Part shown: in pieces, positions 21,731 to 33,168 of the stretch
Numbering within the stretch: the first letter of the stretch is position 1
How the letters are laid out: each line of letters opens with the position of its first letter
DNA from: an uncultured Chloroflexia bacterium
GTDB lineage: Bacteria > Chloroflexota > Anaerolineae > JAAYZQ01
Assembly: GCA_963700285.1 (NCBI GenBank)
Contig: CAVOXA010000001.1
Span: 224,001-288,000 of the forward strand
Reading direction: 5' to 3'
DNA: 64,000 nucleotides
Notes under the pieces: generated by a model
The model's database searches: none
What the model was told of the DNA's origin: nothing
The model's input: the letters and a program-made list of their open reading frames with translations, nothing else
Translations under genes and position numbers: made by a program

Positions 21731-21783
21731 CATTGTACTTTCGACGGAGTTTGAAATCATTGTAGAAGGAATAGGTGTGACGA

Positions 21784-22769
21784 ATGACAGAAAATGGAAC
21801 TCTGGTACAGGTTCGCGATCTAAAAATGCACTTTCCCATCACCCAGGGGATCATCATCCAGCGCAGGTCGGCGCCATCAAGGCGGTGGATGGCATTAGCT
21901 TTGACATCCTGCAGGGCGAGACCCTGGGCTTGGTGGGCGAATCGGGCTGTGGCAAGTCGACGACCGGACGGGCCATCCTGCAGCTCTATCGCCCTACGGC
22001 TGGTGAGGTCTACTTTGAGGGCCAGGACCTGACCGAGCTGAAGGGCGAAACGCTGCGGCAGATGCGCCGCCGGATGCAGATGATCTTCCAGGACCCCTAT
22101 GCCTCCCTGAACCCGCGCATGACCGTGGGCGACATCATCGGCGAGCCTCTGGTCGTGCACAACATCTCCAAGGGCAAAGAGCGCCGGGAGCGGGTACAGG
22201 AGCTTGCTGCGGGTGGTGGGCCTCAATCCCTACTTTGTCAACCGCTATCCCCACGAGTTTTCTGGCGGGCAGCGGCAGCGCATCGGCGTCGCCCGCGCCC
22301 TGGCCGTGAATCCCGACTTTATCATCTGCGACGAGCCGATTTCGGCGCTGGACGTGTCGATCCAGGCCCAGATCATCAACCTGCTGGAAGATCTCCAGGC
22401 TGAGTTTAATCTGACCTACCTGTTTATCGCCCACGACCTGTCGGTGGTGCGGCACATCTCGGACCGCATCGCCGTCATGTACCTGGGCAAGATCGTGGAG
22501 CTGACCGACCGCACAGGAGCTGTACGACAATCCGTTGCATCCCTATACCCAGGCGCTCCTCTCCGCAGTGCCGATCCCTGACCCGGTGGTGGAGGAGAAA
22601 CGCAAGCGCATCATCCTGGAAGGGGATGTGCCCAGCCCGGCCAACCCGCCCGTGGGCTGCAACTTTAACACGCGTTGTCCCGGTGGTCATGGATATCTGC
22701 AAGGAGCAGGAACCAGAGTTTGTGGACTCGGGCGGCGGACACTGGGTCGCTTGCTTCCGGGTAAACTGA
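21784..22769 (+). CDS. oppF: Oligopeptide/dipeptide ABC transporter ATP-binding subunit (frameshifted)
   Basis: [63 protein letters not shown]. Confidence 0.85.
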
Positions 22770-23008
22770 ACAATTGCTCCTGGGCGGACGTTCCAGTGTC
22801 AGGGACGTCGTCGATTTCAATGATCCCTTGTGAAGAGACAGATGTGCTTCGTCCATCTACAGTAATATCTGCTCACAGGCCCTCGTATCGCCTGTGAGCG
22901 GTGGCTGGCCAAAGGAGGTGATGAGGCGGGCTCGATCTGCTGACAGGTTCCCCGCGCCTGTAATTTCGTTTGATCCGTAGTATAAAAAAACGAAAATGGG
23001 AGGAGACA

Positions 23009-25133
23009 ATGTTTTCAAACAAGAAATTGGCGATCCTCGTCGTCTTGATGATGATCGCTCCTATGGTGTTGGCCGCCTGCGGCGCTACCCCCGAGCCGCA
23101 GGTAATCATCCAGACCGTGCCCGTCGAGGTCACCAAGATCATCGAAAAAGAGGGCGAGAAGGTCACCATCATCGAGACCCAGATCGTTGAGGTCGAAGAG
23201 CACGGTCGAGGTCGAGAAGGTGGTCGAGGTCACCGCGGTGCCCGAGGAAGCGGCTCCCGCAGGCCCGGCCGTGGCACCCGACCCCGACACCTACACCTTT
23301 GTCACCTTTGGCGACATCGATACCATGGACCCCAACCTGGCCTACGATACCGCCAGCGCGGCCCTGATCCTGAACGTTATGGAAGGCCTGCTCTTCTTCA
23401 ACCGCGAGAACATGACCGAGTACGTGCCGGTGCTGGCCACCGAGATCCCCACCGTGGAGAACGGCGGCATCTCTGAGGATGGCATGACCTACACCTTTAA
23501 CATCCGCGAGGGCGTCAAGTTCCACAACGGCAACGACCTGACCCCCAGCGACTTTGAGTACACCTTTGAGCGCGGCCTGATGCAGTCGGACGTCAACGGC
23601 CCGCAGTGGCTGCTCATCGAGCCGCTCATGGGCTATGCCATCCGGCGACATCACCGAGGAGATTGGCGACGGCGCGTACGCCGGCGACCCCGAGGGGCTG
23701 CGGGCCAATGCCACGCCCGAAGAGCTGATGGCCGTCTGCGAGAAGGCCAAGGCCTCGGTCGAGGCCGATGACGAGGCCGGCACGCTGACCTTCAACCTGG
23801 CCCAGCCGTGGGGACCCTGGCTGGCCACCCTGGCCCAGTCCTGGGGCGCGGCCATGGACAAGGAATGGGCCATAGAGAACGGCGCCTGGGACGGTACCTG
23901 CGAGACCTGGGTGGACCACTATTCGCCAGGAGCTGAGAACACACCCCTGGGCTCGGTCATCAATGGTACCGGCCCCTACAAGCTGGACTACTGGACGCCC
24001 GGACGAGGAGTGGGTCCTGACCGCCAACGAGGACTACTGGCGGGCAGAAGGGCGACGAGATGTGGCCCGGCGGCCCCAGCGGCGTGCCCCGGATCAAGCG
24101 CATCGTTCAGCAAGCTGGTGGACGAGTGGGGCACCCGCTTTGCCATGCTGCAGGCTGGCGACGCCGAGAACGTAGCCGTTCCCGCGGCCAACCGGCCCCA
24201 GGTGGACGAGTTCGTGGGCGAGGTCTGCGACTATGAGACCAACGAATGCACGCCCACCGACAACCCCGACGCACCCTTGCGCAAGTGGGGTAACCTGCCC
24301 AGTGTGAGCCGCACCAATGTGTTCATGAACTTTGACCTGAGCCAGGAAGAGGGCACCAACCCCTACATCGGCAGCGGCCAATTGGACGGCAACGGCATTC
24401 CGCCCGACTTTTTCAACGACATCCACGTCCGCAAGGCGCTCAACTACTGCTTCGACTATGATACCTTTATCGCCGACGCCCAGAACGGCGAGGGCATCCG
24501 CAACAACGGCCCCATCATCTACGGCATGCTGGGCTACAACGAGGACGGCCCGATGTACGAGTACGACCTGGAGAAGTGCGAGGCAGAGCTGGCCGCAGGC
24601 CTGGGACGGCGTGCTGCCCGAGACCGGCTTCCGCTGTCCAGATGGCCTACAACACCGGCAACGTCACTCGCCAGACAGCCTGCTCCATCCTGCAGTCCAG
24701 CCCTGCGCACCATCAACGAGAACTACCAGATCGAGTGCCTGGGCCTGCCCTGGCCGACGATGCTGCGCTCCTTCCGCGCCGGGCAACTGCCCCTGACCGC
24801 CAGCGGCTGGATCGAGGACATCCACGACCCGCACAACTGGGTGCAGCCCTTCACCGTCGGCACCTATGCCGGCCGCCAGAACCTGGATCCGGACTTGAAG
24901 GCACAGTTCCAGGAGTGGTCACCGCTGGCGTGATGGCCGCCGACCCCGCCGAGCGCGAGAAGATCTATGCCGATCTGCAGCAGCTCTTCCACGACACGGC
25001 CATCCAGATCACGCTGTCGCAGGCAGGCAGATACTCGCTACGAGCAGCGCTGGGTGCAAGGACTGGTACTATAACCCGATCCTGTTCGCAGGCTACTTCT
25101 ACGCCTATGACCAGGTCTGTGAATAGCAAGTGA
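23009..25133 (+). CDS. oppA: Family-5 peptide ABC transporter substrate-binding lipoprotein (frameshifted)
   Basis: LAAC lipobox; DTMDPNLAYD, YTFNIREGVKFHNG, NGTGPYKL, VRKALNYCFD; RBS GGAGGAG. Confidence 0.85.
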
Positions 25134-25147
25134 GTCTTGCTTAGTCT

Positions 25148-25190
25148 CTTTCCGGCGGGGGCGCATGGCCCCCGCCGGAAAGTCTGTTTT
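25148..25190 (+). terminator. Strong intercistronic hairpin after the binding-protein gene (mRNA stabiliser or partial terminator)
   Basis: CTTTCCGGCGGGGGC-GCATG-GCCCCCGCCGGAAAG 15-bp perfect stem followed by TCTGTTTTT. Confidence 0.75.
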
Positions 25191-25208
25191 TGAATCGAGG
25201 CAGAACCT

Positions 25209-26279
25209 ATGACTGCTTATATCATCCGGCGTTTGATCCAACTGCCCATCACTGCCCTCGGGGTGACAGTGCTGGTCTTTGCAATGACCATGACCCTCGA
25301 TCCGGTGGAGCGTTCGGCGCTGTACGTCCGCGACATCCCCCACACCGAAGGGGCCATCGACGCCGTCATCCGGCGCTACGGACTGGATGATCCGTTCCAC
25401 GATGCAGTACTGGCGCTGGCTCGTCGGCCGCACGGACCCCGAGACGGGGGAGACGAGTGGGCGGCATCCTGCGCGGTGACTTGGGTTTCTCCCGCACCGG
25501 CCGCGTACCGGTCATGGAGCTTCTCAAGCTGCGCCTGCCCGCGTCGGTGGAGCTTGGCGCTGTGGAGCGTGGTGCCCATCATCGCCGTTGGCGTCTGGTT
25601 GGGGATCCTGGCGGCAAAAAACCACAACAAACTCATCGACCAGGGTGCACGAGTATTCGCCCTGGTCGGTTGGTCCTTCCCTACTTTTGTCTTTGCTCTG
25701 TTGGTGCTCGATGATCTTTTACGCCAAGCTGGGCTGGTTCCCGCCCGGCCGTCTTTCTGACTGGGCCACGCAGGTGGTCATGTCCCCCGAGTTCACGCGC
25801 TATACCAAGATGAACACCCTCGACGCCATGTCTGAATTTGCGACTGGATATCTTTTGGGACGCGGTGCGCCACCTGGTGCTGCCGGTCATCACCCTGTGC
25901 TACATCCAGTGGGCCATGCTGCTGCAGGCTGACCCGCTCCTCGATGCTCGAGGCCCTGGGACAGGACTATATGACCACGGCCCGGGCCAAGGGCCTGCCC
26001 GAAAGGACCGTGGTCAACCGGCACGCGCTGCCCAACGCCCTCATCCCGGTGGTCACCGTCGGCGGGCTGACGGTGGTGGGCTTGATCAGCGGCGTGGTCA
26101 TCGTCGAGACCGTGTTCAACTAGCCCGGTATGGGAGCGGCGGCCGCGGCGGCGGCCCAAAGCCTCGACGTGCTGACGGTGGTGGCCTTTACGCTGTTCAG
26201 CGCAATCCTGCTGATCGTGGCCAACCTGCTGATCGATATCCTGTATGCTTTCCTGGATCCGCGCGTCCGTCTGCGTTGA
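25209..26279 (+). CDS. oppB: Peptide ABC transporter permease (frameshifted; in-frame TAG at 26121)
   Basis: [48 protein letters not shown]-like loop, YAFLDPRVR. Confidence 0.83.
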
Positions 26280-26327
26280 TCGCGCTTGTTATAACCTGTT
26301 CGTGGTTCTATCTGAGTGAGGTGTTGA

Positions 26328-27400
26328 ATGACGAGTGAGTCGATTGCTGCGCGGGAAACCCCGGGAGAGCGGATCCTTGAGCGGCAGGACATTACCGATT
26401 GGGCCCTGCCCGAACTGACGGGCCTGCGCAAGCTGCTGGGACCGGAGTGGTATCGCCTGTTGCGGGGGGTGGTCACCAACCCGCTGTCTGTGGCCGGGCT
26501 GATCATTGTGACGGTCTTTATCCTGATGGCCGTCTTTGCCCCTGCGCTGGCGCCGCCCCTTGCTGTGGCCGGCGATCCCTACCTCATCCCCCGCGATGGC
26601 TTTGGCCCCGAGCCCCAGCCGCCTGGCACGTGTGTGGAAGCGGGAGGTGCCCGCCCTTCCCTTCTGGTACGAAGCCCCTTACGGGCAGAGACGACTGGGT
26701 GCACCTGATGGGCACCACCAGCGGCCAGTTTGATATCTGGTATGGCGTCGTCTGGGGCACGCGCACGGCGCTCTTTGCCGGCATCGTGGTCACCGTCGTC
26801 ACCGTGACCATTGGGCTCATCGTGGGCTCCATATCGGCCTTTTACGGCGGTTGGCTGGACGACATCCTGATGCGCTTCACCGAGATCTTTATGGCCTTCC
26901 CCTTCTTGCTGGCCGCGCTCATGCTTTCCTCGCTGCTGGTGCCCAAGTTTGGGCGGAGCATCTGGCCGCCTACCATCGCCCTCATTGTTTTTGGCTGGAT
27001 GCGATACGCCCGCGTCATTCGCGGCGACATCCTGTCGGCCAAGGAGCGTGATTATGTCCTGGCCGGCCGTGTCCTGGGCGTCAAGGACAGCCGCCTGATC
27101 ATGCGCCACATCCTGCCCAACGTCATCTATCCCATCCTGGTGCTGGCCTCCTTCCGCTTGGGCGACGCGGTCCTGTCCTTTGCCGCCCTCAGCTTCCTGG
27201 GCGTCGGCACCCAGATCGGCTACGCCGACTGGGGCCAGATCATCAGCTTTGCCCGGGACTGGATCCTGAGCCTGGATACGCACTGGTGGATCATTGTTTT
27301 CCCAGGCGTGGCCCTCATCGTCTTTGGCCTGGGCTGGAACCTGATCGGCGATGCCCTGCGCGACATCCTGGATCCGAGGTTACGCGGCGAACGGGGGTAG
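26328..27400 (+). CDS. oppC: Peptide ABC transporter permease (frameshifted)
   Basis: HLMGTT..GTRTAL, GWMRYARVIRG, RHILPN, LSFLGVG, NLIGDALRDILDPR. Confidence 0.85.
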
Positions 27401-27403
27401 CTC

Positions 27404-29164
27404 ATGTGGCCGGCTGTGGATGCCTCCGAGCGTGAGGTCGAGGAGCGCAGGCTTTCCCTGAGACTTGGTTTGCTCAACGGCCTGCTCATTGGCCTGGCGT
27501 TGGCGTTGGGAGTTTGGGCTTCCGACGCCGTTTTTTTGAGCACGAGTCACGTACGGCTGACAACGCCCAGCCTGCTCTTGGGCGCGATAGCCCTGACCCT
27601 GCTGGGAGGGATTGCTGGCTGGCTGGCTGCTTGGGCTGGCCGCGCCTGGGCAAGCGCCCTTATCTGGATCGCTGCCGCGGTCCTTATGGTTCGGGTCATC
27701 GGCCACGTCCCCTACGATGGCCGCACGCTGACCGTGTGGGTCGCCGATCGCCGTTCCTGGGGCATGCCCATCTATCCCTTCAGCGATGCTGCCGCCGTCG
27801 GCGTATTCATGGCCGGTTTTTTCATCGTACTCTTGCTGGCCTTCCTGGGCCTCTTGCAGCCTTACCGGCTGGAGGGCGCCTCCAGCGAGACGGAAGCCGG
27901 GGGACGGCTCGGGGCCTTGGGTTGGTTTCGATTGCTGCTTCCCCTACCGCTGGTGCTGGCCGTGGGGCTGATCGCCGACGGCATGGTCAACAAGCCCCTG
28001 CGCGTGGCTCCCCAGTTGGTATACGAGGCCATACGTACTGGACGCACCTACGCCGGCGACCTCTTTGAGCTTAGCCTGGAGCGGAAGGTCAACTATAACG
28101 CAATCTCTGGCGTCCGCGACCAGATGAGCGAGGATTATTCCCTGTCCATTGGTTCGGTGGACCTGGGAGTGAGTGATACTGTCTTTGTCGTGGCCGATTT
28201 TGACAATGGCGCCTGGATCGTCTGCCGGGTGGTGGCCGAGCAGATCTCTTTTTGCTTTGATGCCAGCCGGCCCTACATGGAAGGTCTCCCGGCCCTGATC
28301 ATGTCGGGTGAGACGCCGGAGGACTGTCCGCAGTGCAAGTTCAGCATCGATGATGAGCAACGAGCCTGGCTCCTGTCTCGGGCGGATCAGTTTGCCGGGC
28401 CGCCCGGCGTCACCCGTTTGGCCCAGTGGGGCAGTTACGTTCTGGTACAGGCCGAGGCGCCCGACGGCAAGTACGCGATGGAGTGCCTCTTTGAAGGGCT
28501 CAGCCCGGTGCGCCTGCAGCGCTGTTGGGAGGTAGAGACGAGGGAATTATCCTCATCCCAGGTTGGGGTCCCACCATCAGGTGGGGTCCCGCCCGATGGT
28601 GGGGTCCCGCCTGATGGTGGGGGTGCAGCTTCTGCTTCCGGTGAATTGGGCCCCGGTGCTCAGGTGAGTTTTGCTGCGGCTCGCCTGGAAAGTGCAATGT
28701 GGGACCCGGTGGACCGCCTGGGCCCGCCCGCCATGTCTGATCCGCCTACACAGGTCGAGTTGGGCCACTATGCCTACTATATAAGCTGCATGGTCTGCCA
28801 TGGAGATCAGGGGCAGGGACTTGAGGAGTGGCGCAAGCTTCTTCCCGAGGAAGACCAGAATTGCTGGCAATCGCGCTGCCACGCTGCCAATCACCCACCC
28901 GACGGATTCCAACTGCCCCGCTACGCCCCGCCAGTGATTGGACCTGGAACCCTGGCGCGCTTTCAGACGGCTGCGGAACTATACGAGTACGTCGAGACCG
29001 ATATGCCCTGGCAAGCGCCCGGCATCCTGGCCAGTGAGGAGTACTGGCAGATCACGGCGTACCTGCTCCAAGCCCATGGGACGGATCCTGGCCATGAACC
29101 TCTGACCTTGGAACAGGCTGTGCAACTAACCCTCGATGCCGCGGCGCCAGGCGCCGCCCCTTGA
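27404..29164 (+). CDS. Multi-TM membrane protein with a C-terminal c-type cytochrome domain
   Basis: About 5 hydrophobic segments, a soluble Cys-containing domain, GGVPP linker, then CMVCH, CWQSRCH and a distal MPW motif. Confidence 0.7.
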   Translation: MWPAVDASEREVEERRLSLRLGLLNGLLIGLALALGVWASDAVFLSTSHVRLTTPSLLLGAIALTLLGGIAGWLAAWAGRAWASALIWIAAAVLMVRVIGHVPYDGRTLTVWVADRRSWGMPIYPFSDAAAVGVFMAGFFIVLLLAFLGLLQPYRLEGASSETEAGGRLGALGWFRLLLPLPLVLAVGLIADGMVNKPLRVAPQLVYEAIRTGRTYAGDLFELSLERKVNYNAISGVRDQMSEDYSLSIGSVDLGVSDTVFVVADFDNGAWIVCRVVAEQISFCFDASRPYMEGLPALIMSGETPEDCPQCKFSIDDEQRAWLLSRADQFAGPPGVTRLAQWGSYVLVQAEAPDGKYAMECLFEGLSPVRLQRCWEVETRELSSSQVGVPPSGGVPPDGGVPPDGGGAASASGELGPGAQVSFAAARLESAMWDPVDRLGPPAMSDPPTQVELGHYAYYISCMVCHGDQGQGLEEWRKLLPEEDQNCWQSRCHAANHPPDGFQLPRYAPPVIGPGTLARFQTAAELYEYVETDMPWQAPGILASEEYWQITAYLLQAHGTDPGHEPLTLEQAVQLTLDAAAPGAAP

Positions 29165-29463
29165 GATTTCGCCAAGTATCAAATCCGGCTGCTGGGATCT
29201 GACATTCTTGCCATCGTGTTGGATGGGGTGGATTTCGGGATGCGAGCCCTCGATAGCCTGTAGCAGAGTCTCCGGACTGAGACCATTTGCCAGCGCGGCG
29301 GCGATCACGGCGCCGGCGCTGGTCCCCACATAGATATCGAGGTCGTTGACCGTACGATCCACCAGCAGATCATCGATGGCCCGCAGGGCGCCAATCTCGT
29401 ACACTGCGCCCGCAAGCCCGCCGCTGGCCAATACCAAAGCTACCTTGCTATTTTCGCGCCCAT
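29126..29463 (-). pseudogene. Truncated patatin-like phospholipase (N-terminal fragment)
   Basis: KVALVLASGGLAGAVYEIGAL and GTSAG nucleophile elbow, ending after about 100 aa without a DGG motif. Confidence 0.7.
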
Positions 29464-29633
29464 GGAAACCTTCCCTTTGATCCTTTATCTCTGGGCAGTC
29501 ATTTCTGTACGCATCAAGATCTGGTGGCTTGAGCCCACCGCCATTCTAGCAGGCAATGCTTTCACCGTCAAATCCTGATAATTGGCCCTGTTCGCCTTTT
29601 GGCAAGAGGATTGGGCTGTGTTATACTCACACC

Positions 29634-30887
29634 ATGGAGAGTGTGAAAGGGACAGTTGTCTTGAAACGCGGCCGCGAAAAACCGGTCCGGAACCACCACC
29701 CCTGGATCTTTTCGGGGGCTGTGGCTCGTGTCGACGGGAGCGTCGAGGATGGCGATTGGGTGCGTGTCGCTGACAGCCGGGGACAATACCTGGCCAGCGG
29801 CTATATCAATCGCCGGTCCCAGATCGTCGTGCGGCTGCTCACCTGGGACGCTGATGAACCTCTGGACACCGGCTTTTGGCGGCGGCGACTGGAGCGATCC
29901 GTTGCGGGTCGCTCCCTCTTGGCTGGCGCCGGCCGGCCCGGTCTAATTGCTACTGGGCTGGATTGCCTGGCCGCCGGTGGCGACGGAGCCGCTCAGACCA
30001 ACGCCTACCGCTTGGTTCATGCCGAAGCCGATGGTTTGCCGGGCCTCATTGTGGATCGCTATGCTGGTTGGCTCGTCATCCAAAGTCTGACCCTGGGCAT
30101 GGCGCGCCAGCAGGAGGATATCGTCGACCTCCTGGCGGAACTCCTGGAACCAATCGGCATCTATGCCCGGGATGACGCTGTTGTACGGCGCAAGGAGGGA
30201 CTGCCCTTGGAGAACGGCCTGCTCTGGGGTACAGAGCCCCATGATCTGGTAGAGATCGCCGAGTGTGGGAATCGCTTCCTGGTGGACCTGAGACATGGGC
30301 ACAAGACAGGCCTCTACCTGGATCAGCGGGAGAATCGTCTGCGAACGGCGGCCTATTGCCCTGGTGCAGACGTGCTGAATGCCTTTTCCTACACGGGAGG
30401 GTTTGGGATCTATGCCGGCCGGGCTGGGGCGCGGTCTGTGACCAATGTTGACACATCTGTGGACGTGCTGGCCTTGGCTGAAGAGAACCTGGCCCTCAAT
30501 GGCTGCCCGGAGCAGGAGCTTGTCGCCGGGGACAGTTTCCAAGTACTCCGTCACTTTCGTGATGAGGGGCGCAGCTTTGACCTGGTGATCCTCGACCCTC
30601 CCAAGTTTGCCGCCTCTCAAGCCCAGGTACAGGGCGCCGCGCGGGGCTACAAAGACGTGAATCTCCTGGCCATGCAGCTATTGCGGCCCGGTGGGCTTCT
30701 GGTGACCTTTTCTTGCTCTGGTTTGGTGAGCTCTGATCTATTCCAAAAGATCGTTTTCGGCGCCAGCGTGGACGCCGGCCGCGATGTGCAGATCATTGAA
30801 CAGTTGGCCCAGGGCCCGGATCACCCGGTGCTGCTCGCCTTCCCCGAGTCGGCATACCTGAAAGGCCTAGCCTGCAGGGTTTGGTAG
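29634..30887 (+). CDS. rlmI: RlmI/YccW-family class I SAM-dependent rRNA methyltransferase
   Basis: PUA-like HPWIFSGA; DGLPGLIVDRY; GHKTGLYLDQRENR; FSYTGGF; ILDPPKF; TFSCS; YLKG. Confidence 0.88.
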   Translation: MESVKGTVVLKRGREKPVRNHHPWIFSGAVARVDGSVEDGDWVRVADSRGQYLASGYINRRSQIVVRLLTWDADEPLDTGFWRRRLERSVAGRSLLAGAGRPGLIATGLDCLAAGGDGAAQTNAYRLVHAEADGLPGLIVDRYAGWLVIQSLTLGMARQQEDIVDLLAELLEPIGIYARDDAVVRRKEGLPLENGLLWGTEPHDLVEIAECGNRFLVDLRHGHKTGLYLDQRENRLRTAAYCPGADVLNAFSYTGGFGIYAGRAGARSVTNVDTSVDVLALAEENLALNGCPEQELVAGDSFQVLRHFRDEGRSFDLVILDPPKFAASQAQVQGAARGYKDVNLLAMQLLRPGGLLVTFSCSGLVSSDLFQKIVFGASVDAGRDVQIIEQLAQGPDHPVLLAFPESAYLKGLACRVW

Positions 30888-30916
30888 CGCTCATTTGGGA
30901 AGCGGAGGGATAGCCG

Positions 30917-31516
30917 ATGATTAGCTTGCAGGATGCCGTACAGTCGATTCTCAGACATCCGACGCCGGAGGCGCTGGTGGCGCTCCAGGGTGCGCTGCTG
31001 GCCCTGAGTCAACAGGATGCGGCCGTGGACGAAACCCTCAAGATCGCTGGACAGTTCCACGCCTATCTCGGTGATCTACAGAGCAAGATCACTGCCAGGA
31101 ACTATAGTGAGTTGGCTTCGCGCCTGGATATCGGTGCAGTGGGGGCCGTGGCCCTGGAAAATGTGTTCGCCGCCGAGGGGGAAGACTTTTGGCAGAGGCT
31201 CTTTATGGGTGGGCTGGCCGAGATCCTGATGGTGGCTGCCAGCCGCCAGTATGTCAAGGGCTGGGAGACTGAGACTGGGCTGGTCCACACGCAATCCGTC
31301 TGGTTCCTGTCCGAGGCGCTGTGGAACGCCTCAGCCGGCACGCAGCCTGGTCTGCCGCCAGACCAGCGCTGGCAGGCCATCCAGTCCTTGCTGGCCCCCG
31401 CCGCCGATCCCAGCGTCCCCGCCTCGGACAAGGCCGTTCTGCTGGGGCGCGTGTTCCAGATCCTGCTCTTGACCCACCTCGTCCGGCTGTTGCCTGTTGC
31501 CGAATCTGGCAGTTGA
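30917..31516 (+). CDS. Hypothetical helical protein
   Basis: 199-aa ORF with GGAGG RBS, operonic position and coding-like composition. Confidence 0.65.
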   Translation: MISLQDAVQSILRHPTPEALVALQGALLALSQQDAAVDETLKIAGQFHAYLGDLQSKITARNYSELASRLDIGAVGAVALENVFAAEGEDFWQRLFMGGLAEILMVAASRQYVKGWETETGLVHTQSVWFLSEALWNASAGTQPGLPPDQRWQAIQSLLAPAADPSVPASDKAVLLGRVFQILLLTHLVRLLPVAESGS

Positions 31517-31566
31517 TAGCGACCAGCGCCCAACCAGACCGTTCTTGAAAGGTATTCAACCATCGG

Positions 31567-32979
31567 ATGAAAACACAGGAGAACCAAAGACTCAACGATG
31601 CAGCTCGGCATGACCAGAGCCGGCACGATCAGCGCCGGTACGATGCCATCATCTTTGACGTAGGCGGTACCCTCATTGGCTTTCCCAAGTTGGAGCCCTT
31701 TCAGGATTTCTTGGCCCTGGCCAAGTTGCCGGCGGCCGAGGACGATGCCCATGCCTTCCGCCAGCGATTCATCGCCCATGTCGTCGCCGAGCGGGACAAT
31801 GTGCAGGGGCTGGGCGCCGATGAAGGGCCCTTGGATGCCTGGTGGCGCGGCATCTTTGGCCTGACCTGGCCTGACCGGCCTGACCTGGCCGATGAGATGT
31901 ACCAATGGCTGCGCCAGGACCGCTTTGACCGTCTTTTCGCCGATGCGGTGCCAGCTTTGCAGGCCTTGCGGGATCTGGGCATGCCCATGGGCGTTCTCTC
32001 GAATTTTGCCAGCAGGCTGGAGACTCAGCTTGGCATTTGGGGCGTGCGTGGCTATTTTGACTTTGTGATCGTTTCCTCAGTGGTGGGGATGGCCAAGCCC
32101 GACCCACGGATCTTTGGCCTGGCAGCGAGTAAGGCAGGTCATCCTGCGCACAGGCTGCTGTACGTGGGAGATCACGTCGGCGACGACATCGAGGGGGCTC
32201 GGGGCGCAGGCTTGGACGCGGTGCTGATCGACCGTTGGGATCGCCAGCCGGAGGCCCTCTGCTCGCGTATCAGCAGTCTCACGGATCTGGTGGACTATAT
32301 TCAGTCGCCCAAATCTCCCGCCCCCGCCATCCTTCTCGATATGGACGGCGTGGTGCTTGACTCGCCACCGATGCATCTTCTCTCCTGGCAGCGGACGCTG
32401 GAGCCTTTGGGAGTCAGGCTAGGGGCCGAGGACATCTTTCCACTGGAGGGCATGCCCACCGAGCGAACCGCACAAAAGCTAACCGAGCTTATGCTGGGCC
32501 GAGCCTGTTCGCCGCAAGAAGCTCAGCGCCTGGCATCGAGAAAGCGTGAACTGTTTCGCGAGATCTTTCAGCCCACTTTTGTTCCCGGTATCGCCCCCTT
32601 GCTTCAGGATCTGTACGGCCGGGGCTATCGTCTGGGACTTGTCACCGGAAGTGCTCGGAGCGTGGTGGATGAGAGCTTTGCTCCCACCGGCTATGCTGAT
32701 CTCTTTGAGGTCATTGTCACCGGCGACGATGTGTCGCGAGGCAAGCCAGATCCCGAGCCCTACCAGGTTGCCGCCAGGCAATTGAATGTTCCCCCATCGG
32801 ACTGTCTGGTCATAGAGAATGCCCCCTTGGGCATCCGTTCGGCTCGGAGTGCTGGAATGGGCTGCGTGGCCTTGACCACCACCCTGCCAGCCAGCCGGCT
32901 GGCGGCTGCCGATCAAGTCTTTGCCCATGCCACGGAGCTGCGAGGCTGGCTCCTCTCGCGCTGGAAAGGCAATCCCTGA
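31567..32979 (+). CDS. Tandem double-HAD hydrolase (HAD-IA domain + beta-PGM-like domain)
   Basis: FDVGGTL...AKPDPRIF...YVGDHVGDD and LDMDGVVLDS...GKPDPEPY...VIENAPLG. Confidence 0.85.
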   Translation: MKTQENQRLNDAARHDQSRHDQRRYDAIIFDVGGTLIGFPKLEPFQDFLALAKLPAAEDDAHAFRQRFIAHVVAERDNVQGLGADEGPLDAWWRGIFGLTWPDRPDLADEMYQWLRQDRFDRLFADAVPALQALRDLGMPMGVLSNFASRLETQLGIWGVRGYFDFVIVSSVVGMAKPDPRIFGLAASKAGHPAHRLLYVGDHVGDDIEGARGAGLDAVLIDRWDRQPEALCSRISSLTDLVDYIQSPKSPAPAILLDMDGVVLDSPPMHLLSWQRTLEPLGVRLGAEDIFPLEGMPTERTAQKLTELMLGRACSPQEAQRLASRKRELFREIFQPTFVPGIAPLLQDLYGRGYRLGLVTGSARSVVDESFAPTGYADLFEVIVTGDDVSRGKPDPEPYQVAARQLNVPPSDCLVIENAPLGIRSARSAGMGCVALTTTLPASRLAAADQVFAHATELRGWLLSRWKGNP

Positions 32980-33168
32980 GGGTTGTTCCACCGGTTCTCG
33001 CCTGCTCATGGATAACCGAGGGGTTTTCTACCTCCGAGGTCTTTTTTGTATTTTGGTCAGTGTTCGGCGGCTGGCGTGGAACTATCTCTCGGACAGCAGC
33101 GTCTATGGGTGTGCGTGCAGCTTGTGGCACGCAACAACTTTAAAGCGAACAGAAAGAGGGAGGTCACA

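Noticed and set aside
26121-26123. In-frame TAG in the oppB-like gene as pyrrolysine or readthrough
   Set aside because: It falls in the FNxPG motif where Trp or Tyr is usual, one base away from TAG, in an error-rich region, with no pyl context in the window.
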